Source: Phoronis australis
Lineage: Eukaryota > Animalia > Phoronida
Assembly: GCA_002633005.1 (NCBI GenBank)
Contig: NMRA01000050.1
Coordinates: 984,637-1,048,636, forward strand
Direction of reading: 5' to 3'
Length of the DNA: 64,000 nt
Shown: positions 38,069-49,692 of the stretch, piece by piece
How positions within the stretch are numbered: position 1 is the stretch's first letter
Layout of the letters: the number at the start of each line of letters is the position of its first letter
Notes under the pieces: model-generated
What the model was told of the DNA's origin: nothing
Databases searched by the model: none
The model's input: only the letters and a program-made list of their open reading frames with translations
Made by a program: the position numbers and the translations under genes

Positions 38069-41000
38069 TGTATGTATGTATGTATGTATAAATTCATCTA
38101 AGCATCTACTCCCGCATACATTAGTCTTGATAATTTGTTGGTGACCAGCGTGATATCCATTTTCTTTAATTTTAGGGTATCGACAGCGGTGATGCTACAG
38201 GAAAAAACTGTAAATAGTAAACGAATTTGAATATGGATGGCATCGTCATAAAGTGTTGCTGTGTTTTTAACGATGATGCCGCTTCATGCAATCGTCGGAA
38301 AAATCGACGAGGTATCAAAGCAACAGCGTAAGAAATGCATGCCCCCACTGATTGACAATTTAAACGGGTGCTCATAAACGTACAAAGTAATACGAATCTT
38401 GACGGCAGTCTATTTTTAATATTTACTAATTTCTCAGAAACTGAAAATACGAACTTTTCATCGTGTTTTTGTTTTATTTAACTCAACTTACGCCATATGC
38501 TTCAATAAACTTCTCATCCATTATGAAACGAACCATTCTTGCAGTGTAACTTTTTATTTGCTCCCTCTGTCGGTCGTCGGCCAGACCCGCATTCTACATA
38601 ATGTCCCCGTAATCAACCATCTGCAAACAAGCATACGTGTACCGTGTGTGCTTGAGAAGCTTAATCCGTAACTGGGGTGTGTTGTGTTGTTATGTACAAC
38701 ACGGTTGAGAAGCAACATGGCAGCCGGAACCAAAACATGATAACAAAACAGGACCTACAAGGGTCAAATGGGACCGCCCTAACACAAAACAAGACCGCCG
38801 GAGACTGAACATTATCGTCGGCGATTGAAAACTGACCGACTTACCACTCAGTATGTGATGACATATAAACAACTGAAATAAGGTCACATTTTAAAATTAA
38901 CAAATCTAACCAAAAACCAACCACATTGCACACTTTTAGCTAAATAATTATAACATTTATCCCCTGCGTTACTTTGAGAACAAAATATAACCATTTCCTA
39001 ATTTTTTTCTTGACGTACGTCTTTCGGGAGATGATGCCAGGGCGGCTTCGCAGCAGCAACCAGCTCCGATAATTTGTTGTGTCATGTACGCAACCTCGTG
39101 GAAAAGAAGAACAGTTGATTGAAGAATCGGCGAAAAAAGAAACTGGCCAATAGGTGACGCAATATTTCATGTTGCCGAAAGCCGTCACTAAAAATTGCAC
39201 TGCTAGCATAACAGCAGAACAACGGTAGAACGCCCNCCTACCACTCAGTATGTGATGACATATAAACAACTGAAATAAGGTCACGTTTTAAAATTAACAA
39301 ATCTAACCAAAAACCAACCACATTGCACACTTTTAGCTAAATAATTATAACATTTATCCCCTGCGTTAATTTGAGAACAAAATATAACCATTTCCTAATT
39401 TTTTTCTTGACGTACGTCTTTCGGGAGATGATGCCAGGGCGGCTTCGCAGCAGCAACCAGCTCCGATAATTTGTTGTGTCATGTACGCAACCTCGTGGAA
39501 AAGAAGAACAGTTGATTGAAGAATCGGCGAAAAAAGAAACTGGCCAATAGGTGACGCAATATTTCATGTTGCCGAAAGCCGTCACTAAAAATTGCACTGC
39601 TAGCATAACAGCAGAACAACGGTAGAACGCCCATTTTTACAACATCGGTAAATAATTTAATTTACTTAAGGATGGGTGTAGTTTTTACGACACTTATTTT
39701 GTGTCAGATTTTATTTGGTCAGTTTTACCCACATTGGTGCAAAGCTGTTTATTGGTATAACGCTTTGAACCAAGCTTAAGTGGTTCGTAGCTGTATTTGG
39801 ACGATTATACAGCTAGCTGGCTGGCTACATGTACGTCATAACCAGTATCCCCCACACAGCCATTGATAACATTTTGTCCGGCGGTCGTGTTCAGTCTCCG
39901 TTGCTCCGGTTTTGTGGTTAAGTGGTCATGTTTTAGGTGCGTCGGTCCTATTTTCTTGTCCGGCGGTCCCATTTGATCCACGTAGGTCCAGTTTCATGGT
40001 GAGTTGTTCCGTCGTTCCGGTTTGGAGGACCATCGGTCACGTTTTGGGTCCGGCGGTAATGTTGTTTCTCACTCGTTTACAAGACCGCGCTCGCATTTCG
40101 GTCAGCACTCGCAAAATGGCTGACACTCGTAAAATGATTGAATATGTTGAATTGTGGGAAAAACATACAGTCTCTCGTGACGAGTTAATAGATCGTTATA
40201 GAATGTGCTCCTTGTATTCATTCACAAACATACAGTCTCTCGTGACGAGTGTATAGATCGTTATGGAATGTGCTCCTTGTATTCATTCACAAACCTATAA
40301 GTTGTGACACCCTGTCTGTTCCCTACAGTAGTTCACTGGTAACAAAACGTACCAAATGAAGCAACAGCAAGCTAAAACGTGGTACAGGTGGAGTAAAGTA
40401 AAGGCGATGTTGATTTGACCTATTCTAATTTAAGTAATTCGGTGTTGTTTGAATAACATATAAATCCGTGTACCGTGATTGGGTCACAGAATCCATCCTC
40501 AATGATCATTCCTTTTAAGTTGACTGCGATATTCCTTTTGGAGATCTCCGTCATCAGTTTGTGAGTTATAGCGGAAACAAATTTTCCCGCGTAAGACTGC
40601 AAGTATAAAAGCTCTAATCGTAGCTTGCACTTATCTAAAATATGATACATTATTTCACTTAAACTAAGAGTGTTCTCTTTTCAAAATCCACGTGACAAAG
40701 GTTTAGTTACATTTATACGTTTGAGGCGATGTTTGGAGATGGCGACGCACTCATGTGTAATTGGTATGAGAAACACAATGTTAAAGTAATTCAAGCAATA
40801 AACGAAATTTAAACAGACAATTAAAAAAATAAAGTAGACAATGTAGCAAAATGAGTAGTAACTCACCTCTCCAGAAACATAAAAGTCGTTCTTGAGATAC
40901 TCATGGAATATGGTAAAAAACTGTGTTAAGGCACTGAAAAAGTGTAGGGATAGCATTTCTCTAGTTTTATAGCAGGCAGCAAAGAGGCAGTTAATGTGCT

Positions 41001-44000
41001 CAGCAAATCAAATTGACAACCAATGACATGCAACGTTCTTACATGAAATTATATATTATATTACTGTTATTATTCTTATTAGATAAATCTGATCATATCC
41101 TTTATTTTCTAGTCAATTATTATGCATGTGTCATTCAGGAAGTCTCGTTCGAGGCCCCAATCATTATCCGCCATTTTTGTTTGTGTGACGACTCATCTGT
41201 TGCCTGTATACTATTTTCTAAAAATTGTCCTCATTATTTTCGGTCGTCGAGTATTTTCCGACAAACCTGGATTGGCCTACAATTCAGCTGAGTCGATGGA
41301 AATGAGCCATTGTAGTTGACGAGAAGTGGCTGGAACCGGCGTATTTGGTGAACAGGTGGTGGCTGCTGGACGATGCTGTGAGTGTACACAAGCAAATGTT
41401 ACATCAGTTTCGTTGCCTTTAATCACTGCGGCAATTGCAGGTCGAGTCTTTTGCAAATAAAAAAACTCATCCAGGTGACGGCGGAGAAGAAATACCTGTG
41501 GTACGGTAATTTCTTCAGAACAGATTTCACATGTCCATTTCCTGATTTGGCTTCAAGATATGTTTTGCACCACTTTAGCCACACGCTAGACACGATCGAC
41601 ACAATCCCACAGAGCTTGCCTTCCACTGGAACTCCTTACACTTTTCGAGAGTGCGCTGACGAGAGTTTCATCCCGATAAGCAACAACTTACAGGCATGCA
41701 GGAATAAGACCAAAAGAAATATAAACATATAATGGCGCATCCTATCTTAAACAGAGTTTAAAGTGCATTTGAGCAAAGCTGGGGAGAATGATTCGGTTCG
41801 CGAACGTCACTTGAAGAGTGTTACGGACGCATAAAGAATTAGAAATCAGGTGCTGCAGCTCGCCAACGCCACTTCAGATTATGTTTGGCGACCTAAGAAA
41901 ATCCCAAGTCGCCATGAAGACACCACATCGAAGAGCAAAGTCAAACAATGTAACAATAACAGGGCGGGGGTGTCGGAGTTTTGAGAAATATAGTACGTAA
42001 AAAAGGCCGACAAGTTACTTCCACACAGGCCCATTGCAGTAGACAATAAGTACTAACTACACAGCTCATTCTCAGTAAGTCCAATTGCATGTTTGAGGAA
42101 TTTTGCAATCATTTTTTCTATCACTGAAAGTTGTTTACTTCCAAAGCATTCTTTTCTAATGCTTTGGTCACGTGACATCGACCGACATGGTGTCCTGGGT
42201 TTCATCTTCCAACCAGCATTTCGGGCAGCAAGATTTTGTTGGTCGGTATGTTATTTCCTGACATAGTTCTGCAGTTTATTGTGAACTGTTATCACCTGCA
42301 TTCTCATTTGCAGTTAAGACCTGGGTAGACACAAAAGCTTGGTATTAAGACTGGGAGTTATCTAGCTCACCAATTCTTTTGTTCCACTGACACATGTATC
42401 TTAGTCCAAGATATTTTCCATCGTTTCAATGATCAGTCTTCTATTCCTAAAACACTGGAAGCCAGGACAAGCAAGTCCGTGAAATTCAAGATCTCGTTTG
42501 GCTAATCGATCAGGTGCCTCATTACCCCGGGATACCAACCTGTCAAGGGGTCATGCCAACTGTGATACGGATACCAACCTGTCCAGGGGTCATGTACAGG
42601 GCGCTTGGATATCTTGCCTTCGGCACACATCAACTGGTTACCAATAAATGGTTGCCATTATCTTTATTATAACAAAGAGAAACTCAGTTGGCAATGGATG
42701 AGCCAATCTACCGATCTCTATGCGACCTGCCGCTTGCGACCAAGTTCTCCCTTTCAGCAGTATATAAATTTACCCATTGTTCAAAGATTCCTCTTTCCTT
42801 TTTCGTCGGTTGCATAGTTATTATTTTAAGTACAGTGTCTGGTCAGTTAAGGCATTCTAGTACCGCAGATGACACCTGTGTAATACTGTACCTGTAGAGG
42901 TCTTTAGCCACATCATTTTGATTTTTGGCGTATCCATTCGGATCTTCTGTGTAGCTGAAGCCTGCACCTACCTGTAAGATATGTGGGGATCCCGGTGAAT
43001 GAAATGTAAACATAGACTGGTGATAATATTCAATATCGTGACAATGACGCCTAGAATATGAAAAACTAACCACAGCAGACTTACCGGATTGTCTAGGTAT
43101 ATGATCGACAAATTCCGAGTCCATGTAATTTCCCGGAGATACACTAGAAAAGAAAAGTGACGTTGTATCCTTTAATTCGTTCTGAGTGCCACTACTTTTC
43201 CGCACTGGAAGTATGGATGCTAAATATCAAAGAGGACTAATGCTGTCCGGTTTAGAGGATCGAATTTTCAGTCAGTCGAGTTACCAAAAAATTCATAATC
43301 ATGGCAAAATCTTACGGTCATTGTCGTCGCCGACACGTAGCGGTCCGTGTTCATTAAATAGGCCCATCGTAGAAGAACTCCCGGGACCTCCTTGAAGCCA
43401 AAGCATGACAGGATCACTGGCTGGGTCGTCCTTTAGAAGGAAGCATTCACACACTAGGATTTACAAAATATTTAGAGACAAAAGCATTTCATTCACGTTA
43501 CTGCCATGGATACCTAGGCGTCGTTAATGTTGATGAGAATTGACAAGACTGGATAAATATGGTGAATCTATCATGAAACATTAAGAGCGATGTCCTTTTA
43601 AAGAAGACAATTGCAGTTTAAGGTATTGATATCTTACGATGTAGTAAAATGTAGACTTTACTTGAAATCTTCCCAAGCTAATTCGTTTCCCTGATCTCGA
43701 TTTGTGTAAATGTAGCCGGTTCATTCCGAATCAGTTCATCATTCTGCCCAGTGCTACGAGTAACACCACTGTAGAAAGTTATGAAGGAAAACATCCGAAC
43801 GATTTAGGTGCATTAAGCTAACCCAATATTAATAAATGGGTAGGTCAGTCTGATGACCTAATTCAGTAGTTTTTTGAAAATTTTGGGCGAGAAATCCACA
43901 TATTTGACCTCTGCTTTGTTACTCCCGGATCTCGAACTTCAGACATTCTGAAAGTAGTACCTTGTTATGGTCGACGAAAAATTGTGCTGATAAGATATGC

Positions 44001-45766
44001 CTTTCAGACGAACAGATTTTGAAAACAAACCCAGTTGGCAATGATATACTGATTCGTACACAATTAAAGTCTACAGCAATAGCATTTAGATTCTTATATC
44101 CGCTTCCGCTCAGAGATCGGAGCAGTCGTTCATTCAATGTTTTAGAGGAAAATAGTGAGGTATCAAATTTTTAGTAATTCCTATCTGGACGTAGCGAGGT
44201 AAAAATGGCTGTATTCCATAAGAAACGCCTCTGCGTGAGTTTTTTTTTTCAAATTACGTGTTATCACATAGAGTGGTAACAAGGCCTTTTTTAAAACCAG
44301 TTAGTGATTTTAACGAGATCAGCCAACGGTCGATTTAGTTTCTTCACCCTTCCTTGGTCATTCACGACTAACGTTCAAACTCGGTTATAAACAATGGTCC
44401 CCACTTACGGAATTCTGTCTGCCAATACATTCGCCACCGATTGCATAGCGATAGAACACCTTTTGTCTCAGAGGTAAGAAAGTGCGGTTTTCCATTGAGT
44501 TAGTTGAGGAACCGAACGTCTACCACTTTTTCTCAGGTAGCGTCGAAAACCCTCGTGGTGTATGGGTGTTGAAATATTCTCGATTTTAACCATTTAAAAC
44601 ACTAAAATTAAAAGGTGGCTTATAAAGGGTTGGATTCAAAATTAAGCCCGACGAGGAACTTTCTCTATCCTCTCGCGCCGTATTTTTTCTTTTTGATTAA
44701 CGTCGGGGATGTGACGAAGTTAACATCACGCATCCACGCTTATTTGTCAGTTTTTATCCAAATTTCTCCGTAGTTACAGCCCAGAGAACACTTCATTAAC
44801 ATTGGAAGGACGAGAAACAACGAACATGTGGAAACCCATTGGCGCAAAAACGCCAGGCTACAAAATTCTTGACGGGAATTTGCGGCATCTTCAGTAAACA
44901 CATATATTTGGCTGTCGCTGTGTAATTTGGGATGGATCTACTTGTCATATTAACAATAACGATGTCAATCCTACAGAGATAGTGCTGTAAGAATGTCGAT
45001 CCGTAGATCGTCACATACCTGGGACGGGAAAAACCAGAAGAATGTGTTGCTCTGAAAAACCTTGTTCACTGTAAGTAATCCTGCATAGGATTCTTGTTCA
45101 AACAGTTGAGAGGATGCAAGATATATCGGTCCTACCTTGCTAAGATTACGAGCTGAAAAGGCAACACATTGATACTGCAAATGCTATCCTTCCACTATGA
45201 ATGGGTTGCATACTTTCCTATTTCGCCTTACTCTCTCCTTGTTCGTGGGAGACCTATGTAACTGTTATAAAAATGAAACTCTTACATGTACATACGTGCA
45301 GGCCCTATGACATGTATACAATGTACGCACATTATACCTGAAGGCTGGTATATTCTTCGGTAAAGTAAGGTTACAAGACTGATTTATCCATAAACAGGTG
45401 AATAAAGGGTCGTCGCGCAAATTTCTTTCAAGGTATTGTCAAGTTTGCATTTTAGAGGCTGAAATTGGGCATGCGTTAAGGAAAATAAAAACTCCGAGTT
45501 TCCAAGCAATCTAAATTTCGTCTGACAACCATTTGTCTGGAGGTCTCGGTACCTTATGGTAGTCATTAAACGTAGTATCTACCTCGATCTAATTCTCCAT
45601 TTTCTATGTATGGTGTGAGGTACAGCGGTTCACCATATTCATCTTCCTTCTTCTTCGTGTGTTCGTTCACGTTTGAAACTTTTTTGTCGTGCTTCTCGGC
45701 AGTTTCACCAACGTGGCTCGATAAAGTCACTGCAGCATGGGCGATAAGTAGCCAGAACAAATTCAT
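31989..45766 (-). CDS. CPVL: Secreted serine carboxypeptidase, peptidase S10 (CPVL / vitellogenic carboxypeptidase-like), ~481 aa, with one in-frame TAG (possible null allele or young pseudogene)
   Basis: 12 exons: 45766-45583, 45152-45019, 43430-43316, 43143-43085, 42971-42892, 40933-40867, 40596-40474, 38620-38492, 35003-34911, 34144-33971, 32689-32507, 32093-31989 (1446 nt, all GT-AG, phases consistent). Motifs: signal peptide, GEPLYLTPYIE, WLQGGPGSSS, DNPVGAGFSY, GESYAG (Ser), NGQLD (Asp), GAGH (His). TAG at 38596-38594. Orthology to CPVL as opposed to a paralog is not tested. Confidence 0.9.
34791..34846. repeat. 17-bp tandem repeat x3 (ATAACCATAGCAACCGT)
   Basis: Directly visible in a carboxypeptidase intron. 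Confidence 0.85.
35990..38088 (+). mobile_element. Degraded L1/Tx1-like LINE with the RT core deleted, antisense in a carboxypeptidase intron
   Basis: APE remnants (YCLHDTH, SNSRGV, CGDWN, LVDPWR..KKYTW..KNP) jump to the post-RT region (LSKLTHL, LKLTWLRRL) and a zf-RVT (FQYRIVHRILCTN..CTFC...ETFMHLFVHC). It ends in AATAAA followed by (TA)n(TATG)n. Confidence 0.85.
38701..40076. mobile_element. Non-autonomous DNA transposon with long degenerate inverted ends (GGACCGCCGG subterminal motifs)
   Basis: ACGGTTGAGAAGCAACAT...GGACCTAC...TCAAATGGGACCGCC...CGGAGACTGAACA at 38701-38812 is matched in inverse by 39885-40076. TSD not resolved. Confidence 0.6.
38842..39632. repeat. 394-bp direct duplication flanking an assembly N (likely contig-overlap artefact)
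   Basis: 38842-39235 versus 39239-39632 with 2 visible substitutions; N at 39236. Confidence 0.9.
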
Positions 45767-48129
45767 TTCTAGACTTTTTGCTGGCTCTGCAAAAGAAAGT
45801 AAAACGATATGGGCACTACTCACTTGGAACCAAGTGCTTTGAGGGTGAGCAGTTTGAAAGAAAATTTACATAATCCGCTGCGTTGCCACTAAATCAGCTG
45901 TCAATGGCTTTCTACTTAAACGACATTTATTTATTTGTATCCCTCTTTCAGTACGATTGTAAATTGTTGACACACTTCCATTTATGAACATCAATTGTTT
46001 GTCCGGTGCACTTATCTTTTAGCCGATGTTTTGAACGTTTGCCAAATATATTACCACCAACCCTTCCTACATGTATCTTTGCAATAACGTTCATCCGTGC
46101 TGTGAGTCTTTGACTTATGGTTTATTACCATGCACTTCACAACCTAAACAACTTTTTTTTTCTCATCGGTTGTCAAATATCAGCGGAATAAAATGATGAA
46201 GCGTGTTCAAATCGGTGGGGCCGGAAAAGCTCGCCCAGGTCCATATCAATTTCTCATTCATGTAGTTTCTGTGGCCATCAATATTGTTACCTACATGTGG
46301 GGCTTCTGGATGGGCGCCATCAACCTAGTTTCCTCCGGTCACTTCAAATTTCACTTCGCAATCGATTTCTTTCATCATGCATCTTCCAATCTTCACCGGC
46401 TTTCTTATTCGCTTACCATCTCATATAGGGTACAAATTCTTCAGTACCTGGCCACTCGGCAACATTCAAAATTCGCAGCCAACCCTTTGTCATCAACGCT
46501 ACTTTCTGACCTTCTCATCGAGCTGCTTAAGCAATTTCAGTCCGAGTTGGAAGCAAAATTATTCATTCGTCTTGCACTTTGTTAGGGGCGATGCGATTCT
46601 TTCCTCTTTTCCTTTTCAAAGTTCCCTCGATGTGCTCATTGCATTAAATGCTAATCAAACCTATCAGAGTCAAGATTATTTGCAAAACTCACCCGTGCAC
46701 AATAGTTTGTGCAACTTTCAAAGTTAACGCCGACTAAAATATGTATTTTGAAACTATTAGAAATGGCGGAAATACTTCAGTTGAAACAGAAAAAACTCTC
46801 AGGCCAACTTTAACAAATACTGTTTCAGGTTAATGCAGACCGTCAGTTTCGGTGTGCATAGGTAAGTTAAAAATTATCATAACGTTGCGTGAGTCCTATC
46901 ACTAAGCTCTAACGCCAGTGAACAATTCGTCTCTTCTTTGTAAGCGACCAGACTAATACGTACACACATAATTTCGAAGAGAATCTCAACTTGGAAGATT
47001 AAAAACATATACCTTTACGGTACTGGAATGCGATTTCAGACGCGTCCAATTACCACGCACTTGCTCTTGCAAAATGGAATACAAGTGGAAATTACGCCTG
47101 TGGGTATACTGGGTAGTTAGCAGGTAAATTATACATGTAACTACATGAAAAGAAAATCAGTCATCTTCTGTAATATGCTACTTTTGTACTTGGCGGCACA
47201 CAATGAAAAAAATGTAAGCGGTCTGATACACGTTGTGCCAGACGTGCGCAAGCCGCGCATGTGGGCCAATTGTACTTATCAGCTGACGGCTCATTACCTT
47301 GCTGTGACATTTATCGAAGTATAGTACACTTACGCGTTTGAGCAAACTTGGCATCTCAGTCTCTCATTCGAAGATAGGTGCGTCTGCACTAACAACCTTA
47401 CATCAAAATATAATAGGCTGAACAACAGACAATCGATAAACAGGGGTAAAATTCTTGCTTGGAATATCGTGGAATTCTGGGGGTACCGTATCGAATTATT
47501 AGTGGGGGGGGTTTGCTTGTAGATGTTCTGGGATTGGAATTTTGATGATCGTGTCTGGAATTTAGAAGGACAGTTATGGAATTATTTCCACCTATTCATT
47601 CGGCAAAGTTAAAAAATCTATCTGTTCACTTCATAGTGATGTCGAACTCAATTCGAAGCCTGGATTCACCGATGTCGGGAGTACACACTGCTTCTACACA
47701 CAGCTGCGACCAGCGCCCAGTTACATGTACTGTAGTTCTTCATCAGGCGACTACGACATTATTGTACGAACCGTACGAGTTCTCTTTTGACCTTAGTTAA
47801 ATATTCTATTGGTATTTTATTAATTGGTACCCTCAGCCATGTAACTTTTTTAAAATGTCCGTAGAACGGCGAGAAAACTGAGTGAAACGACGTTTTGCCG
47901 ATTAATAATCAACATTTCACGAAAAAAAGAAGCCTATAGCTTGCCTTCGCAACATGGCACCCGTTTCAGGAAACTGTTTCATCTTAACCGAAGTCGGTCT
48001 AATTTAAGATCTAATCGTCTTAGCCCCGTTTCAGTACACTTTTTAAAGATACTGTCGGCAACTTAGAACACAAGGAGTGTTTCATTAAATTATAATAATT
48101 TTGTAAGTATTTGATGTGTATATGTTTGC

Positions 48130-49590
48130 TTATTATGCGCCCACATACATGTATTTATACGTGGACGCATTATGCCGTCATCTCCGTCCGTCCGTCCGTC
48201 CATCCGTCCGGGCGGCGTCCGTCCGGCGTCCGTCGTCCGCTGCTCTATCTCCAAAACCCTTTGACACACGTTCATGAAATTTGGCTTATATGTTCCATTC
48301 ATAAATGGGACGGCATGAGCGAACTTTCGGACGGACCCGGCTACCGGTGTGCCCCCTAATGGCAATTTTAGTTTTTTACGCTTACCTTTGTATCTTCATA
48401 AGTCCTGAACGGATTTTCATGAAATTTGCTATGTAGGCACCTATTAGTGAGATGACGCTATCCTACCGTTTTCGGATGGATTCGACGTAGTTTGCACCAC
48501 CTAGTGGCCATTTTTACTGTTTTCGAATCTGTTTTTTTTGCGTCCATCCCTCTATCAACCAAACCGCTCAAAGGATGATTGTGAAAATTGGCATGTATAC
48601 AAGTATGCTTACTATGAAGAGGACGGTTGACGATGATTTTCCGACGATTTCGACTACTGTGGCGCCTCCTAGTGGCAGTTTTGTTTTTTTAGCGCCTATG
48701 GCTGTATCTCATAAACCGTTCGCAGGATCTTTACAAAATTAATAAGTGTATTTATATGATGTTAACAACGGACGAAGACGACTTTTGGACAGATCCTACT
48801 ACCGATGTGCCCCCTAGTGGCTTTTATTTTTTTACGTTTACCTTTCTATCTTCAAAAGTCCTTAACGGATTTAATATGTAGGCACCTATTAATAAGGTGA
48901 CGCTATCCTCCAGTTTTCGGATAAATTTGACGTAGTTTGCGCCACCTAGGGGCTATTTTTACTGTTTTCGAGTCTGTTTTTGCGTCCACCCCTCTATCAA
49001 CCAAACCGCTCAAAGGATGATTGTGAAAATTGGCATGCATGTGCTTACTATAAAGAGGACGGTTGACGATGGTATTCCGACGAGTTCGGCTACTGTGGCG
49101 CTTCCTAGTGGCAATTTTGTTTTTGTTTTTGCTGCGCCTATGGCTGTATCTCCTAAACCGTTCGCAGGATCTTTACTTAATTTAACAAGTGTATTTATAT
49201 GATGTTGACTACGGATGACGACGACTTTCGGACAGATCTGATTATTGCTGTGCCACCTTGTGGCAATTTTATTTTTTTTTACATTTAACTCAGTATCTTT
49301 CAAAGGTCCTCAACAGATTTTCATAAAATTTTAAATATAGGCATCTATTGGTGTGATGACGCTAGCTTTCTGCTTTTGGATGGAATCGAGGTATTTTGCA
49401 CCATCTAGTGGCCATTTTTACTGTTTTCAAATCCTTTTTTTTGGTGTCCACCACTGTATCAAAGAAATCATTTGAAAATTGGCATATATGTTCTCAGTGT
49501 GAAGACGACCTTTGATGATGGTGACTGACTAGTGTGGCGCTTCCTAGTAGTAGTTTTGTTTTGCGCCCATATTTGTATCTGTGGACCATA
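48130..49590 (+). mobile_element. Non-autonomous Helentron/HINE (DINE-1-like) element with an internal satellite array
   Basis: 5' stem-loop ATGCGCCCAC...GTGGACGCAT, then a (CCGT)n microsatellite, then ~9 diverged ~150-bp monomers organised as a ~450-bp trimer. Confidence 0.7.
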
Positions 49591-49620
49591 AACAAGTAGG
49601 TTTCTTGGTAACACACTGAG

Positions 49621-49692
49621 TGGAGTCGTGGTGGTGCAATGGTAAAGCACACGCGCTTTGTCTTCCGGGTCGTGAGTTCGAGTCTGCGGTAT
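49621..49692 (+). mobile_element. tRNA-like Pol III cassette (SINE head or tRNA pseudogene)
   Basis: A box TGGTGCAATGG and B box GAGTTCGAGTC at tRNA-like spacing; the acceptor stem does not pair. Confidence 0.5.

Noticed and set aside
38594-38596. Programmed recoding (pyrrolysine/selenocysteine) of the in-frame TAG
   Set aside because: Sec uses TGA, Pyl is not known in animals, the aligned residue is an ordinary Tyr, and the 3' context is not a known readthrough motif.
28538-39632. Real tandem duplications at 28538-30730 and 38842-39632
   Set aside because: Both abut single-N assembly joins and differ at allelic levels; most likely uncollapsed haplotype overlaps.
41382-41732. 116-aa intronic ORF as a nested gene
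   Set aside because: Non-ATG start, no domain signature, and no supporting exons in any frame.
46193-46727. Long + strand ORFs / possible DIRS-like gag relic on the minus strand
   Set aside because: No recognisable domain on +; the minus-strand similarity (GW..VAE..KRIRK) needs several frameshifts and is too weak.
49621-49692. Functional tRNA gene
   Set aside because: A and B boxes are present, but the acceptor and anticodon stems do not form.
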